From Sarea resinae (Eukaryota), in NCBI GenBank assembly GCA_026026165.1, contig JAPEUD010000008.1:496001-560000 (forward strand): DNA of 64,000 nt. The letters are read 5' to 3'. The notes beneath the pieces were generated by a model. That model was given only the letters and a program-made list of their open reading frames with translations. It did not search any database and had not been told where the DNA came from. Positions 11,571 through 22,486 of this stretch are shown piece after piece (position 1 is the stretch's first letter; the number at the start of each line of letters is the position of its first letter). Position numbers and translations under genes: made by a program.

Positions 11571-14500
11571 TTACCCATACACATTCTTCCTGCCTCTGAA
11601 GAATCCGGTTACGCTACTCATGACGTCTCCGAATCCCCCCTTTCTGTTATCTTCCGTTACCAATCCACTTCTGATCCATCCAGGGAGCTTCCCTTGAATT
11701 TTCTCGCTGTTATATCGTGCATCCATGAGAATAATGACCGCGTAATCGTTCTGATGCCGAATCGCTCGTCCGATGCTCTGATTAACAGCTCTCATACATG
11801 CGTTCTCGTAGAATTCTCTCGATGCAGCCTTGGATTCTGCTTGAGATCCTCCTCGTGCAGTGGTACTGGTCTCGATATACTGCAATCTGGCCTTCCAGTC
11901 GGGACTGTGCATGTTAGCGAAGGGTAGGCCCACAACGATGACGCCACGGCCAAGGCGGTCGGCAAAGTTTATCCCTTCCGACATCTTGCCGCCGACGACG
12001 GAAAGGAGGAGGGCACCATGTCCGCGGGAAATGGCTTGTGCATAGGCGGCTAGGGTTTCATCCACGTTAGAGGACTCTTTGGATTCTTGAAAGAGGTCCT
12101 TTTGTTGACTCAATCGATCCCAGAGCGATTTGGTCGATGAGGACGATGATTTCGTGGCTGAGGGCTTCTGCCAGCGCTGAGTGACGATTTCTAAATAGCT
12201 GTAGCTGGGAAAGAAGACAACAACACCGTCCGGGATGGCGATGCAGAGGTTGAGAATAGCACGGCCAAGCTCGTCGATAATGGCCTCGTTGGTGCGGCGC
12301 TCGAAGGTAAACGAGAGCTCGAGGCCTGTGGGACCGCGAGAGAGGGGCCAGGCGAGTAGATTCTCTGGCGGAATGACGTGACCACAGGAAAGCGTTGTCA
12401 GGCGGTCTTTAGGGAGATGTGTAAAGAGCTGATTTGTGTAGTCGCTCATCTGCAGTGAAATTCTGAGTTTTGATCTATGATAATGACCGAGAAGATCGAA
12501 CACCTACCGGCGACATCGTTCCTCCGGCAAGGATGACTGCTCGTGCCTCTTGAACAATCTCTCTGAAATGATGGGACGGGTCCAGTAGCAGGTATTGCAA
12601 GCAAGGGTCACCATCTTCGCTTTTAGAAAGAAAGATGCGACCTTCGGCAGAAGGATTCGTGAGGGCAAAGAGGAAGGACTGAATGAGGGCCAAAACAGGC
12701 GTAGAGCCTCTTGTCTTTCGAGCTCGCGTTTCTACTTTGTCTGTAGCAGAGGAGCGAGCTTCCGACTGACTATTTATATGCTCGTCTTGGACATGAAGGC
12801 TATAGCCATCTACCTTTCTTGATAGCTTGCTTTCCTGGAGATATCGCATCAATTTGTAAAGATTGATCTGATCCACCCCTTTACCTGTCATAAGGTCACC
12901 CGTCTGCACAATTTGTCCAGAGCCAACATCCGACGCCGATTTCGTCTCCAGAAAGGTCGTGAGTGAGTCTAGTAACCGTACCGTTTGTGTGACATAGACC
13001 CTGTTTTTGCCCTTAAGTCGGTTTCGGAATTTTCTTAAGTAGACTCCAAGTTGAATTCTTGACTCCCTTAGTTGCGCGAGGGAGATACTAGCGGAATGGA
13101 TGCTGGTAATCGCATCCATGAGGTTGTGAGCTTCGTCGATGATGACCACGTGCCCCCTTACAGAAAGGTCTAGGGCCTCCCTGGCGGACTTTTGAAGAAG
13201 CAACGGATATGGAAGCGTGACAATCTAGTTCGACCGTCAGCATAGGTGAGGAAATCCAAAAAGGTCATGCTTACCTCACTAGGCTTGATCGTCGGCCGGG
13301 AAGCATAATACGGGCAAATGCCGATCTTCTTTCCCAGGATTCCGAGGTCCTCAATATCTCGAATTCTTGCCATGGTGCAGTCTCGGAAGTCATCTACTAA
13401 GGGCTTGTTGTCTTTGTTGGGCAGGAACGGACATTTGCACTCAGCGGGCGTGCCAGGTTGTTGCAGATCGAGGCATTTCTCGTTGATGGCAGTCACGTTG
13501 GCTAATCTTGAGACTTTGGGGTTGATGCAGAGATTCTTCCGGGAACCGAGGGTGAGATGCTTCAGCTCTGCTGCCATTTTGTCATCTTGCAAGAGTTGAT
13601 CATTTGAGATGGCATTATGATCGAACTCAAAAGAGGGAGGCAATTTGACACGTCTTAACTCGTTCACGAACTGCGTTAATTGTGAGTGTGTTCTCGAGCA
13701 GTAGAATATCTGAACATTCTGTCAGTAATTGACTTATCGCCTGAACAGAGGCCAGTCTACCTTGAGCTCCTCTTCAATCTCTTCCTCTTCTTCTTTCGGC
13801 ATTCCATCCACACCTTCGAGCTTTCGCATGAGCTCTCTTGTTGTGGCCGACAAGCCCTCATATTCAGCTGTACCGATTTTTCTGCTTCCTTTCGGCTGAT
13901 CATCATCACTCACATAGTCCTCAAGAAGGAAGCGGGCTTCAGCGTCCTCATCGGATAATGCATGATCTGCACTGAATTTCTATTACCGTTAGCTTCATAG
14001 AATCCACAGTTCAGGATCAGCGAAGATATACCATCCTCTTGTGCAACGGTTCACCTTTCTCGTATCGCTCCTTTTGCCTCCTTTCCTTCGCACGAATTTT
14101 GGCTAGCCGGCTCTCAATATCCGCTCGCTGGCGAAGAGCAGCCTGACGCTTCTGCTGACGGGCATGCTCCAACATCCATTCCGGCTCTTCGGCATCTATT
14201 CTGATCTAAGCAAACTGGGCGCGAACCGAGGTGACAGTCCTACCGTCCTCTCCTCTGCGTATCTCTTCCTCGAACGCATTCTTTCTGTGCTCTCGAAGCC
14301 ATGTTAAGGATCCGCAGATCAGACTTAATGATTTTCCCTACAGACCAATGTCAATGCCGGAAACGAGGAAAGTTGTCTTGGCATTTGCCATGTAGTCAAT
14401 GGGATTTGGAGCTGTCACATGGACAACTAGATATCCTTGGAGACTCTGAGACAGTAGATATCCATCAAAGCAGAGAATCCAAATGACCGAAATAGAAAGC

Positions 14501-14746
14501 CATATATTTCCGCAAACTTTAAGAAATATGACCAAAGGAAGAGACCTACTGTTCCTACGGGCGTTCGCGCGAATCAGCGCATCAGGTCGCAGCAGATAGT
14601 ACAAAAGGGAGCTTACCGGTTGGTGACTCAAATATTCCGACCTTTGATTGCTCGATGCAATCATAGACAGCGTTCATGAACTGAATCTGGATATCATAGG
14701 GCTGGTAAGGATGATTGAAGTTTTTGGGCTGCGAGTTCTCCATCAT
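11571..14746 (-). CDS. CHL1: ATP-dependent Fe-S DNA helicase Chl1/DDX11 (XPD family); multi-exon with a 5-nt micro-exon
   Basis: N-terminal [11 protein letters not shown]...[24 protein letters not shown] (Walker A), [11 protein letters not shown], Fe-S cysteines (LCINP...EKC...CPF...CPYY), [40 protein letters not shown]. Confidence 0.96.
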
Positions 14747-14838
14747 GTATTGTGCAGAGTCATCATCGACGGATTGACACAGAGAATGAATCTCCTATGA
14801 AGCATCAAAATGATAATTCCGCTGGAAGAGTCACGATT

Positions 14839-14933
14839 ACGCGCCAACGCGTGCAGCGGCATTGATATTGTCGATAGCGAAGGTTGACCTTTCGTACGAA
14901 TCACCTAGAGGTAGCTACCTAATAGTTACGCGA
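14839..14933. promoter_or_regulatory. Cluster of MCB-like elements upstream of CHL1
   Basis: ACGCG 14839-14843, perfect ACGCGT 14847-14852 and ACGCGA 14928-14933, within 190 bp of the CHL1 ATG. Confidence 0.5.
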
Positions 14934-15617
14934 GTGAAGTCGTTATTCGTCGTTGGCAGCGCCTATTGTTACATGCAGACCAAAACCATAATCTTTATCA
15001 TCATCACTACCATCGCCGTCCGTCTTGCTAGTACCCTATGATACCCCGAATAACCAATATACCCATTCAGCCAGATCACTACTGATGTTGCTCATGATGA
15101 TGGCCCCTTTCGGGGGAAAAGGGGCTGACTATAATAGCACTCGTGTTGTCGTATGAGTTTGTAGTACAGTACGAGCTTTCAGCTGCTCAGTAGAACCTTC
15201 GCTTCCGTTCTTTTCTTTCTTTAGCCATTCTTAGCCATAGCCATGGCCACGCCTACGCCTCTCTCGGCCCTTCCCCTGCGCTTAGTCTATTAGTTTCATT
15301 GTTCCTCGTTCATCCCCCTGTCGCACCGCAGTCCTCCCCCCCTCACTGGGGACGAAAGCTTGTTCGGGCTTATTTCAGTACTCATACAGTGGGTACACAA
15401 TAATGACCAAATCAACCCATCAAGTGTTATGTAGGTAAGGAGCTGAATACTTAACACCTCTGCAGCGCACATTATCCAGTCTCCGACTACCTTCTACTCT
15501 CTTTGATCCTCGTCTGCTCTGTATCTTGTTCGGTGAGAACAGCACCTGAAGGACAAGGGTCGAACGGGTCGATCGCCAGTGTTTGAACAGGACTGCGGCA
15601 CAGCGCAAAAGCAAGCC

Positions 15618-18386
15618 ATGAGCCGCCCCGGACATCCCCCTGTCGGGCCAACATTCTATCCTGGGGGAGTCGATGACTTCTATATTCCAGAGGTCATTTC
15701 CCCTGCCCCGCAACGGTGAGTGCCTCTCATCAAGATATTCGAGCATATGATTGCTGCGACTGGTAGCCTACCCCGCGCTTTATTGGAACTTCACTGAAGG
15801 CATTTTTTTGCGCCCAGTGTCATGCCTGAGGTACCGGAGCAAATCCAGGATAATCTTGCGAACCTCGAACTGAATGCGGCCAACTCGAGGAGGGCACCGT
15901 CATCTCAATATGGTGGCCAGCGGGTAGACCGTTATGGTGGCGATATCCCCGCGCATCCAGTCGGCGCCCGATCATCCACTTCCAGCTCACGCTACTCAGA
16001 AGATCCCTACCAGAGCGATAGTTATAGCGATGCTGGTGGCTATCAACGCCAACAGTCCGACTACGGCTCCTACAATGGCTCTGCTGCAACACCCCAGCGC
16101 GTATCTTCCTATAGCCAAGCGGCCTTTTCCCCATTCCCAGAACTCCGCAATCCATCTCCAAATGTACCACCGACGGATGAAGAAAAAGAAGCGACACTCG
16201 AGCAGGCTCGCGTTGCTGTACTGAATTCGAACGATCCAGAAATGCAGCTGGCATGGGCTCAAGACGCGCTTGCCCATGTCGAAGTGGCCATACAGAACGA
16301 GTTGCACGTGTCTCAAAACCAAGCGCCGAGAACACAGACTCCGCCGGTCGAGCGTCAACTTCGAGCAGATGCAATCAATGTCGTCTCCTTTTTAGCTGAT
16401 CAGCATCACCCGAGAGCACAGTTCATGCGGGGAATGTGGCTTGAGTTTGGTAAATTTGACTTCAAAGTAGATAAAAAGGAAGCTTTCCGCTGTTACTCGA
16501 GGGCAGCAGAGAAGGGCTATGCTAGGGCTGAGTATCGGATGGGAATGCAATTTGAGAGCTCAAACGAATATGCAAAAGCTATTCGACACTATAACCTTGG
16601 GGTGGCCGCTGGAGACTCAGCATCGAATTACGTACGTGTCCATATTACTTTTACCGTAACAGTATACGCTTGAGAAGCTGTTGCTCATTCAGTGTAGCGC
16701 CTAGGGATGATGACTTTACTTGGACAGCATGGCCAATCTCAGGACTTTGCCAAAGGGGTGCAAATGATTCGTTTCGCGGCTCAGACAGCGGATGAGAATG
16801 CTCCTCAAGGCGCTTACGTACGTGCTAATCTGCTGTAACAAGAGTGAGTTCATTGCTGACTAGCACATCAGGTTTTTGGGATGTTGCAAGCTCGCGAGCT
16901 GCCCCAAATCACCATTCCTGAGCGTTATTTGCCCTACGATATTAATGGAGCAAGGATCAATATCGAAAAGGCAGCATATCTTGGATTTGCTCGGGCACAG
17001 GTAAAAATGGGCTCTGCTTACGAACTCTGTCAGCTTGGGTGTGAATTCAACCCCGCGCTGTCGTTGCATTACAATCGATTAGCTGCCCGCCAAGGAGAAT
17101 CTGAAGCAGACATGGCCATCAGCAAATGGTTTCTCTGCGGATATGAAGGAGTGTTTGACAAGAATGAAGAGCTGGCGTTTGTTTATGCGCAGCGCGCAGC
17201 GCAGAGTCGACTTGCGACAGCGGAATTTGCAATGGGCTACTTCTACGAAATTGGGATGTACGTAACGGTGGACTTAAAGGCAGCACAGTCGTGGTACTCA
17301 AGAGCCGCTGAGCATGGCAACAAAGATGCAGCTGGACGAATCGAAGGCATATCTCGGTCTAAGACCCTGTCGCGCCGGGACCACGAAAATGTCGCCATTG
17401 CGAGAATCAAATCCCAGTATGGTTCGCAAAGGGGTCGCCGTCCAGATCGCTTCAAGGCTCAAAATGCGCCCCCGATGCCAACAATAGCAGATTCTCCGAT
17501 TGATATGCCAGATCCTGCAACTGGTCCAAGCTATGCTTCTTACGGCGCTCCTCAAGGCCCTCCACGGTCTCAATCGACTGCTCCCTATCCAATGGAAGAT
17601 CCGAACATGCCCCCTCGGACCAGTTCAGCTTTTGCAATCAATCCGAATTTACGTCCCACATCTGCTGCTACGATCAATCCTGTCCCTTCCGCCAGACCGC
17701 AAGGTTCTATGTCGCCACCTGCAGGCCCCCAACGGCCATTCTCTAGCATGGACAGCGCAGTCTCTGGCGGTAGAGGCCGAGGCATTCCTGCTCCACGCGC
17801 TGCCACAGGTGGACCTGGATCACTGGGCTACCGACAGCCCGCTGGGCCTGGTTTTGGCGGGCCGCCTGATAGCAATTTACCGCAAGGCAACCAAAACCAG
17901 CCACAACCATCCCGTCTTGATATTGGGTTTTCAGCCCCATCGAATGCTGGACCAGGTGGAAGAGGAAGGATGCAACAGCCTGGCCGATCGACACCAGGAA
18001 TGTCGTCGCCCGTGCCGCCAAACAGTAGCTACCCAACGCCGGCTCCTCAAGCTCGCCCCGCTCCCGAACTCAGCCGGCCTGCTAGTGCACAGGCACAAGC
18101 TGGGCGACCCAATTCTTCGGGGCGATCAAGTCGGCAAGATGCAGTGGCAAGCCCTGCGATGTCTGGTGCAAGACCAGGCGACCAATCTGGAAGATCTACG
18201 CCGCAGACCCGCCCTAAACCAGCTGCAAAGCCTGCATCTCAAGGTTTACCCGGGAAGGGACCGAAGACATTTGAGGAAATGGGGGTACCGGTCCAGAAGA
18301 ATGACGGTGATTGTGTGAGTGATGAGATCCCGCCTCTCGAGAAGCTCGCGCCTATTTACTAATCGATCTTCTAGGTCATCATGTGA
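15618..18386 (+). CDS. CHS4: SEL1-repeat chitin synthase activator (Chs4/Skt5 family) ending in CaaX motif CVIM; 5 exons
   Basis: ATG 15618 (MSRPGHPPVGPTFYPGGVDDFY); intron 15716-15817 in frame. SEL1 repeats (AFRCYSRAAEKGYARAEYRMG, AEFAMGYFYEIG). Last intron 18315-18374 gives ...DGDC-VIM*. Exact paralogue among fungal SEL1 regulators is uncertain. Confidence 0.85.
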
Positions 18387-18829
18387 AGAGCAGATCCGAT
18401 ACCTTGCATTTCACTGGGTCCAGATCTAGGCGGCGTTTGATTTGGTTACGCAAATATGTGCATCAGCGGCATTGCGGTGGTTCCGTAGGCTTTCCTTTTA
18501 TACCCTCGCTACAGCGCTTTATCATCGTATACTTCGCACGAACATTTACGAAGATCCGATCTACCACTTAGAAGAAATACCACTGTAACAGATGTAAAGA
18601 GAAATAATGAGGTTTTGCAATTGCGAAACATTCCGCCGTTTATTTGAGACGGGATACCTTGGAGTATCGTACCCAGGCGAGAAAAATCCATGACCTATCG
18701 ATGGAATCGAAATTCATTGCCTTGCCTGAAACGCCTCAAGAACAATCAGTATATAAAGCCAATCGCCCTCACTGGACACTACTCTTTCTTCTCGGGACCT
18801 CCAGGCAGGCGTGAAGTGGGTGATCAAGT

Positions 18830-20206
18830 ATGGCTCCACGCAAAGAGAAAACAGAAAAGGCATCCGCAGACCAAGGTGAAGGCCATAAGTCAACTCGAGC
18901 GATATATTTGCAGTCACTGACGCCATTGATGAAGCTGCCGACATGATCCTAGAATATCTCCGTGAGTCGAGCGAGAATATTATCTTTCTGCAGACATTGT
19001 CTGAGGTTGGAGTTGCAATCGGTATTGACATTTGACGCAATGCAGGCAAGCAGAAGTGAGTACTACCACAGGCATAGAGGATGAAACAATCTATCGTGGC
19101 TTTCTACTTCTGGAGCCAAGCTGATGATAAGTCTGAAATGACCAGTCGGCCTTATTCGGTAGGGAAGAGATCATGCCTTCAATCGATATACCAGAACGCA
19201 TTGATACAGAGCAGGTTGTACGGCAATATTAACGGAGTGTTACCGCAGGCTACAGATGTGTCAACAAATCTGCGCAATAAAGTTACCAAGGGTAAGTATT
19301 CAATCAGAAGTGGTCGCCAAAAGCAGTAGATGGCATGGAAGGTAGACCATCTACTAATTCTGGTCATCTGATAGCTGCTGCGGCGAAAACATTGAAGGAA
19401 CTACATGAACGAAATATCATTGCTGGGAAAACTGCTGGTGAGTTCTTTTGGAATGCCTTGACTGATAGAGAGCTCGAAAGTGTGTTGGGCTCACAAATCC
19501 TTGGGCGATAGGCAAACAGAGTGTCTATCATGTTCTTCAGGCAAGCCCTTCAATCCAATATACTTTAGACCGCTCCGCCATCCGATAATATTAACCTGTT
19601 CCCACAGGAGACCGAGGGATCAGCTCAACCGGAGGAAGTTGCTCTCCTAGACCAACAGCTCGAAAAGATAAAGTCAGAAACAATGGCGGCGAAGGCAGAG
19701 GAAAGATCTCTTAAGGCAACATTATCAGCTCTCAACGCTACCGTATCGACGCGCGAGCTGCGTGAAGATGTGCTTGCGCTCGAGCTGGAGAAGAAGGAGC
19801 TCTTGAATCGCCTGGTTCCCTTGAGAAGCGGTACGATGACACCCATTTCGAAAGACGAGAGGGCGATCGTTGATCATGAGTGGAAAAAAGCTGTTGATTG
19901 TGCTATGAGAAGGAGGAAAATTGGGAGGGAGTTCTGGGCGGTAATGTCGGAGATTACTCCCGAGGGGATGACTAGGGAGGATATTTGGGTAGGTTACTTT
20001 CTTCCAGTCGACTGTCTGAGAAGTCTCTTGACCTGCGTCTCACCCCCTCTGCCGTCTTTCCAGACCTTTATATATCGTTTTCTACTCATTGCTTCCTTGC
20101 AGCCCCTTCGACGTTAAAGATCAGCTATAGTGTGGCACTACCCTTCTCGAGCTACCTTCTAACAAGGCCGGTCTAGGAGCGACTTGGCTTAGAAAAAGAC
20201 CCGTGA
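18830..20206 (+). CDS. HOP2: Homologous-pairing protein Hop2 (Meu13/TBPIP); 9 exons
   Basis: Exons 18830-18875, 18935-18961, 19046-19055, 19146-19158, 19249-19291, 19375-19437, 19512-19540, 19608-19988, 20177-20206. They give MAPRKEK...MILEYLRKQNRPYSATDVSTNL...GKTAGKQSVYHVLQ, a coiled coil, and WERLGLE, matching the Hop2 winged-helix pattern. Confidence 0.9.
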
Positions 20207-20843
20207 GCGGGGACTCGATGAGCATGCCGATCTCCCACCTGCATCCGAACGGATTGTAGAACCTGGAAATCCAACCGCCAGAATCAGACAAGAACTGCAC
20301 TTAGATGAATCGCTTGTACCCTTGTACGTGGGGTGTGCTCGAGCTCCATCGTGGAGGTGGGACATGGCAAGGCTAAACCCTAGCAGGCTTCTCCGTCGGC
20401 AAGTGATTGTCGATCGCCGGCTCAAACGGAGTGGCAGGGCGTTGCCTCGAGCTAGTTGCCCGAAGGTCTCATTGATTCAATATTTAAGCTCAGGAAGCAC
20501 AATCAAATGACGTTGGCTGCTATTTGCGTGTTTGATGGAGCCTGGTCAGCTGGACCGAGCGAGAGCTTTCTTTCGAGGGAGTCATCAAGGTTGCCTCGAG
20601 GCCATCGATGTTGGAAAATGTAGCACTAACGGCTGGCTGTGCAATGTTTCATAGCATCATGCTGACTGGCTTTTCCTGCCCACACCTCAAATGCCACAGC
20701 CACAGAAAGAAAGCACAAGTCCATTGTTTGCATCGTCTTTCGTGAAGGATTGTCTTGGATTTGGATGGTCTGAAATGGGGGTTGATGGCTTTGCCCGGGC
20801 GGGTTGGCATTGACTGGAACAAGCGAATGCAAGGGCCCACGAG

Positions 20844-20897
20844 CATCCGACCTTGACACCCTGACATCTTGGCATCCTGACATCCTGACATCCTGAC
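20844..20897. repeat. Degenerate 8-bp tandem repeat (CATCCTGA-like)
   Basis: …gacaccctgacatcttggcatcctgacatcctgacatcctgac read directly. Confidence 0.8.
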
Positions 20898-21831
20898 CCC
20901 GTCCACGCCCAAGGATCCTGGGAGTGTTCAGGCGGTCGCCTAGTGTGCCAGTAAGACGTCAGATGCCCCAGGCCTTTGCGAATCACAACACCTCGCTCAC
21001 ATCCTCTGGGGGCTCATAGCCTGGCATTGGTAAAAGATGATTACCGTGAAGTGCTCTACGATGCTCTCACTGCTTGGGCGACTTTGTCGCTGGGCTCGTG
21101 CTCGAGGTCCCGAGGAATCTAACTTCATCGGCGGCATCATGCATCTGAACGGTCATGATCACCTTCGCCTCATTCTTGTTGCCCTGGCCAGGACCTTATC
21201 GGAGAGGGTGCTGGGCGACGACGCGCATCGTATCTCCATCATCTCTAGCTCTCTCATGAGGTCACCCAACCTGTCGATCAATGACTTGACGACGCTCCGT
21301 CAGCCTTCAAGCGCCCCACCCGAATAGGGACCCCGCAGATGTTGCAATGCCCATGAGCTCGATTGGACGGCCGTCTTGTTTCTCTTCTTGTTCCTCGCCT
21401 CTTCTCTCCGTCGAGTCGAGCTGTAGATAGCGACGCCGACGGTACGAAGGCGCCATCCGGCTATCAGGCCCCTTTGCAGGCTCTCCGCCAGCCCTCTGGC
21501 TGCCTATCTTGCCTCATGCGGCACGACTTGGGTCGATGATACATAAGTAGAGCAAAGTACAGAGTCTTGCGGGGAGATACACTCGTAAACAGCTTGCTCC
21601 GTGCATTTGACGAGGGTCCGGTCCGGTCCAGTCCAGCCCAGCCAGGGTGCCCTGTGCCTTGTGCCCATTACGACAGACCGATTGATACATCTTGTACGGA
21701 CCATGTACGAGTACTCCGCGCTCGATTGCATCTTTTCTAGACCGCCCACATCCAGAACATCCTGATCGGTCTGCATGCCGTACATTACATACATCGTACA
21801 TAAGCCGCCGCTTGAGATTGCGCGAGCTCCA

Positions 21832-21908
21832 TTGTTGTTGTTGTTGTTGTTGTTGTTGCTGCTGCCCGCCCGCATCTCGCATCCCATCCCGCATCCCATC
21901 CCGCATCC
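21832..21908. repeat. (TTG)9(CTG)2 microsatellite followed by CATCCC/GCATCC-based repeats
   Basis: Read directly; intergenic, upstream of the CCCH gene. Confidence 0.9.
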
Positions 21909-22486
21909 ACGCTCACAGCCATCATTTTGCCTGATCTCAAGCTGCTGTCCGGACCCTTGAGCGCTTGCAGCGTGAAGCTTGAGCCGGGATCTGACATCGC
22001 ACCGATATCAGACGCTCAGATCATCGACACCCTTTCTCTTGCGTGCAAGCTTCAGCACTCTGTTACCCGCTGGACCTTGCTGCAGAAGACGAAGGAGGAC
22101 AAGAAGAAGAAGAAGGCGACGAGACAGCCGTCCCCCACGAAAGCTGCAAGCTCTCATCAGGTTTAGTCTGCGCTCTCAGACTCTCAGACTCGCGCGATAA
22201 GCCGAACCGCACTACGATAATATAACTCCGAGGTACATGCGGTCAGCGGCCAGTCCGGTCTCGCCTCGAAGTATTCGTACTTGAGCAGACTGTAGGCGAA
22301 AGCCTCCACTTCCCCATCGAGTACCGATTCACGCGCGCGCGAACTCGTGCCTCTTCAAGGTCACTCATTTCCTTACAAAGGACGGGCCTCGATTACGTCT
22401 TTCAGACATCGCAGCATCTGATCACAGCAGTCAGAGAGCCTCGCAACCCCGATTTCGACTGATTCGTCTTGTCGCTTGTTGGGTCA

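Noticed and set aside
15094..15128. ATGATGA...hairpin...CTGA resembling a box C/D RNA
   Set aside because: Only 35 nt with no room for a guide sequence.
17500..18318. 272-aa alternative-frame ORF over the CHS4 C-terminal region (similar case at 23203-23844)
   Set aside because: Starts at a non-ATG codon. Pro/Gly/Ser-rich coding has few NTA/NTG codons, so the +1 frame stays open passively.
21504..21960. ORFs with poly-Q/N/C/L/T runs
   Set aside because: Translations of the (TTG)n microsatellite in different frames; no gene structure.
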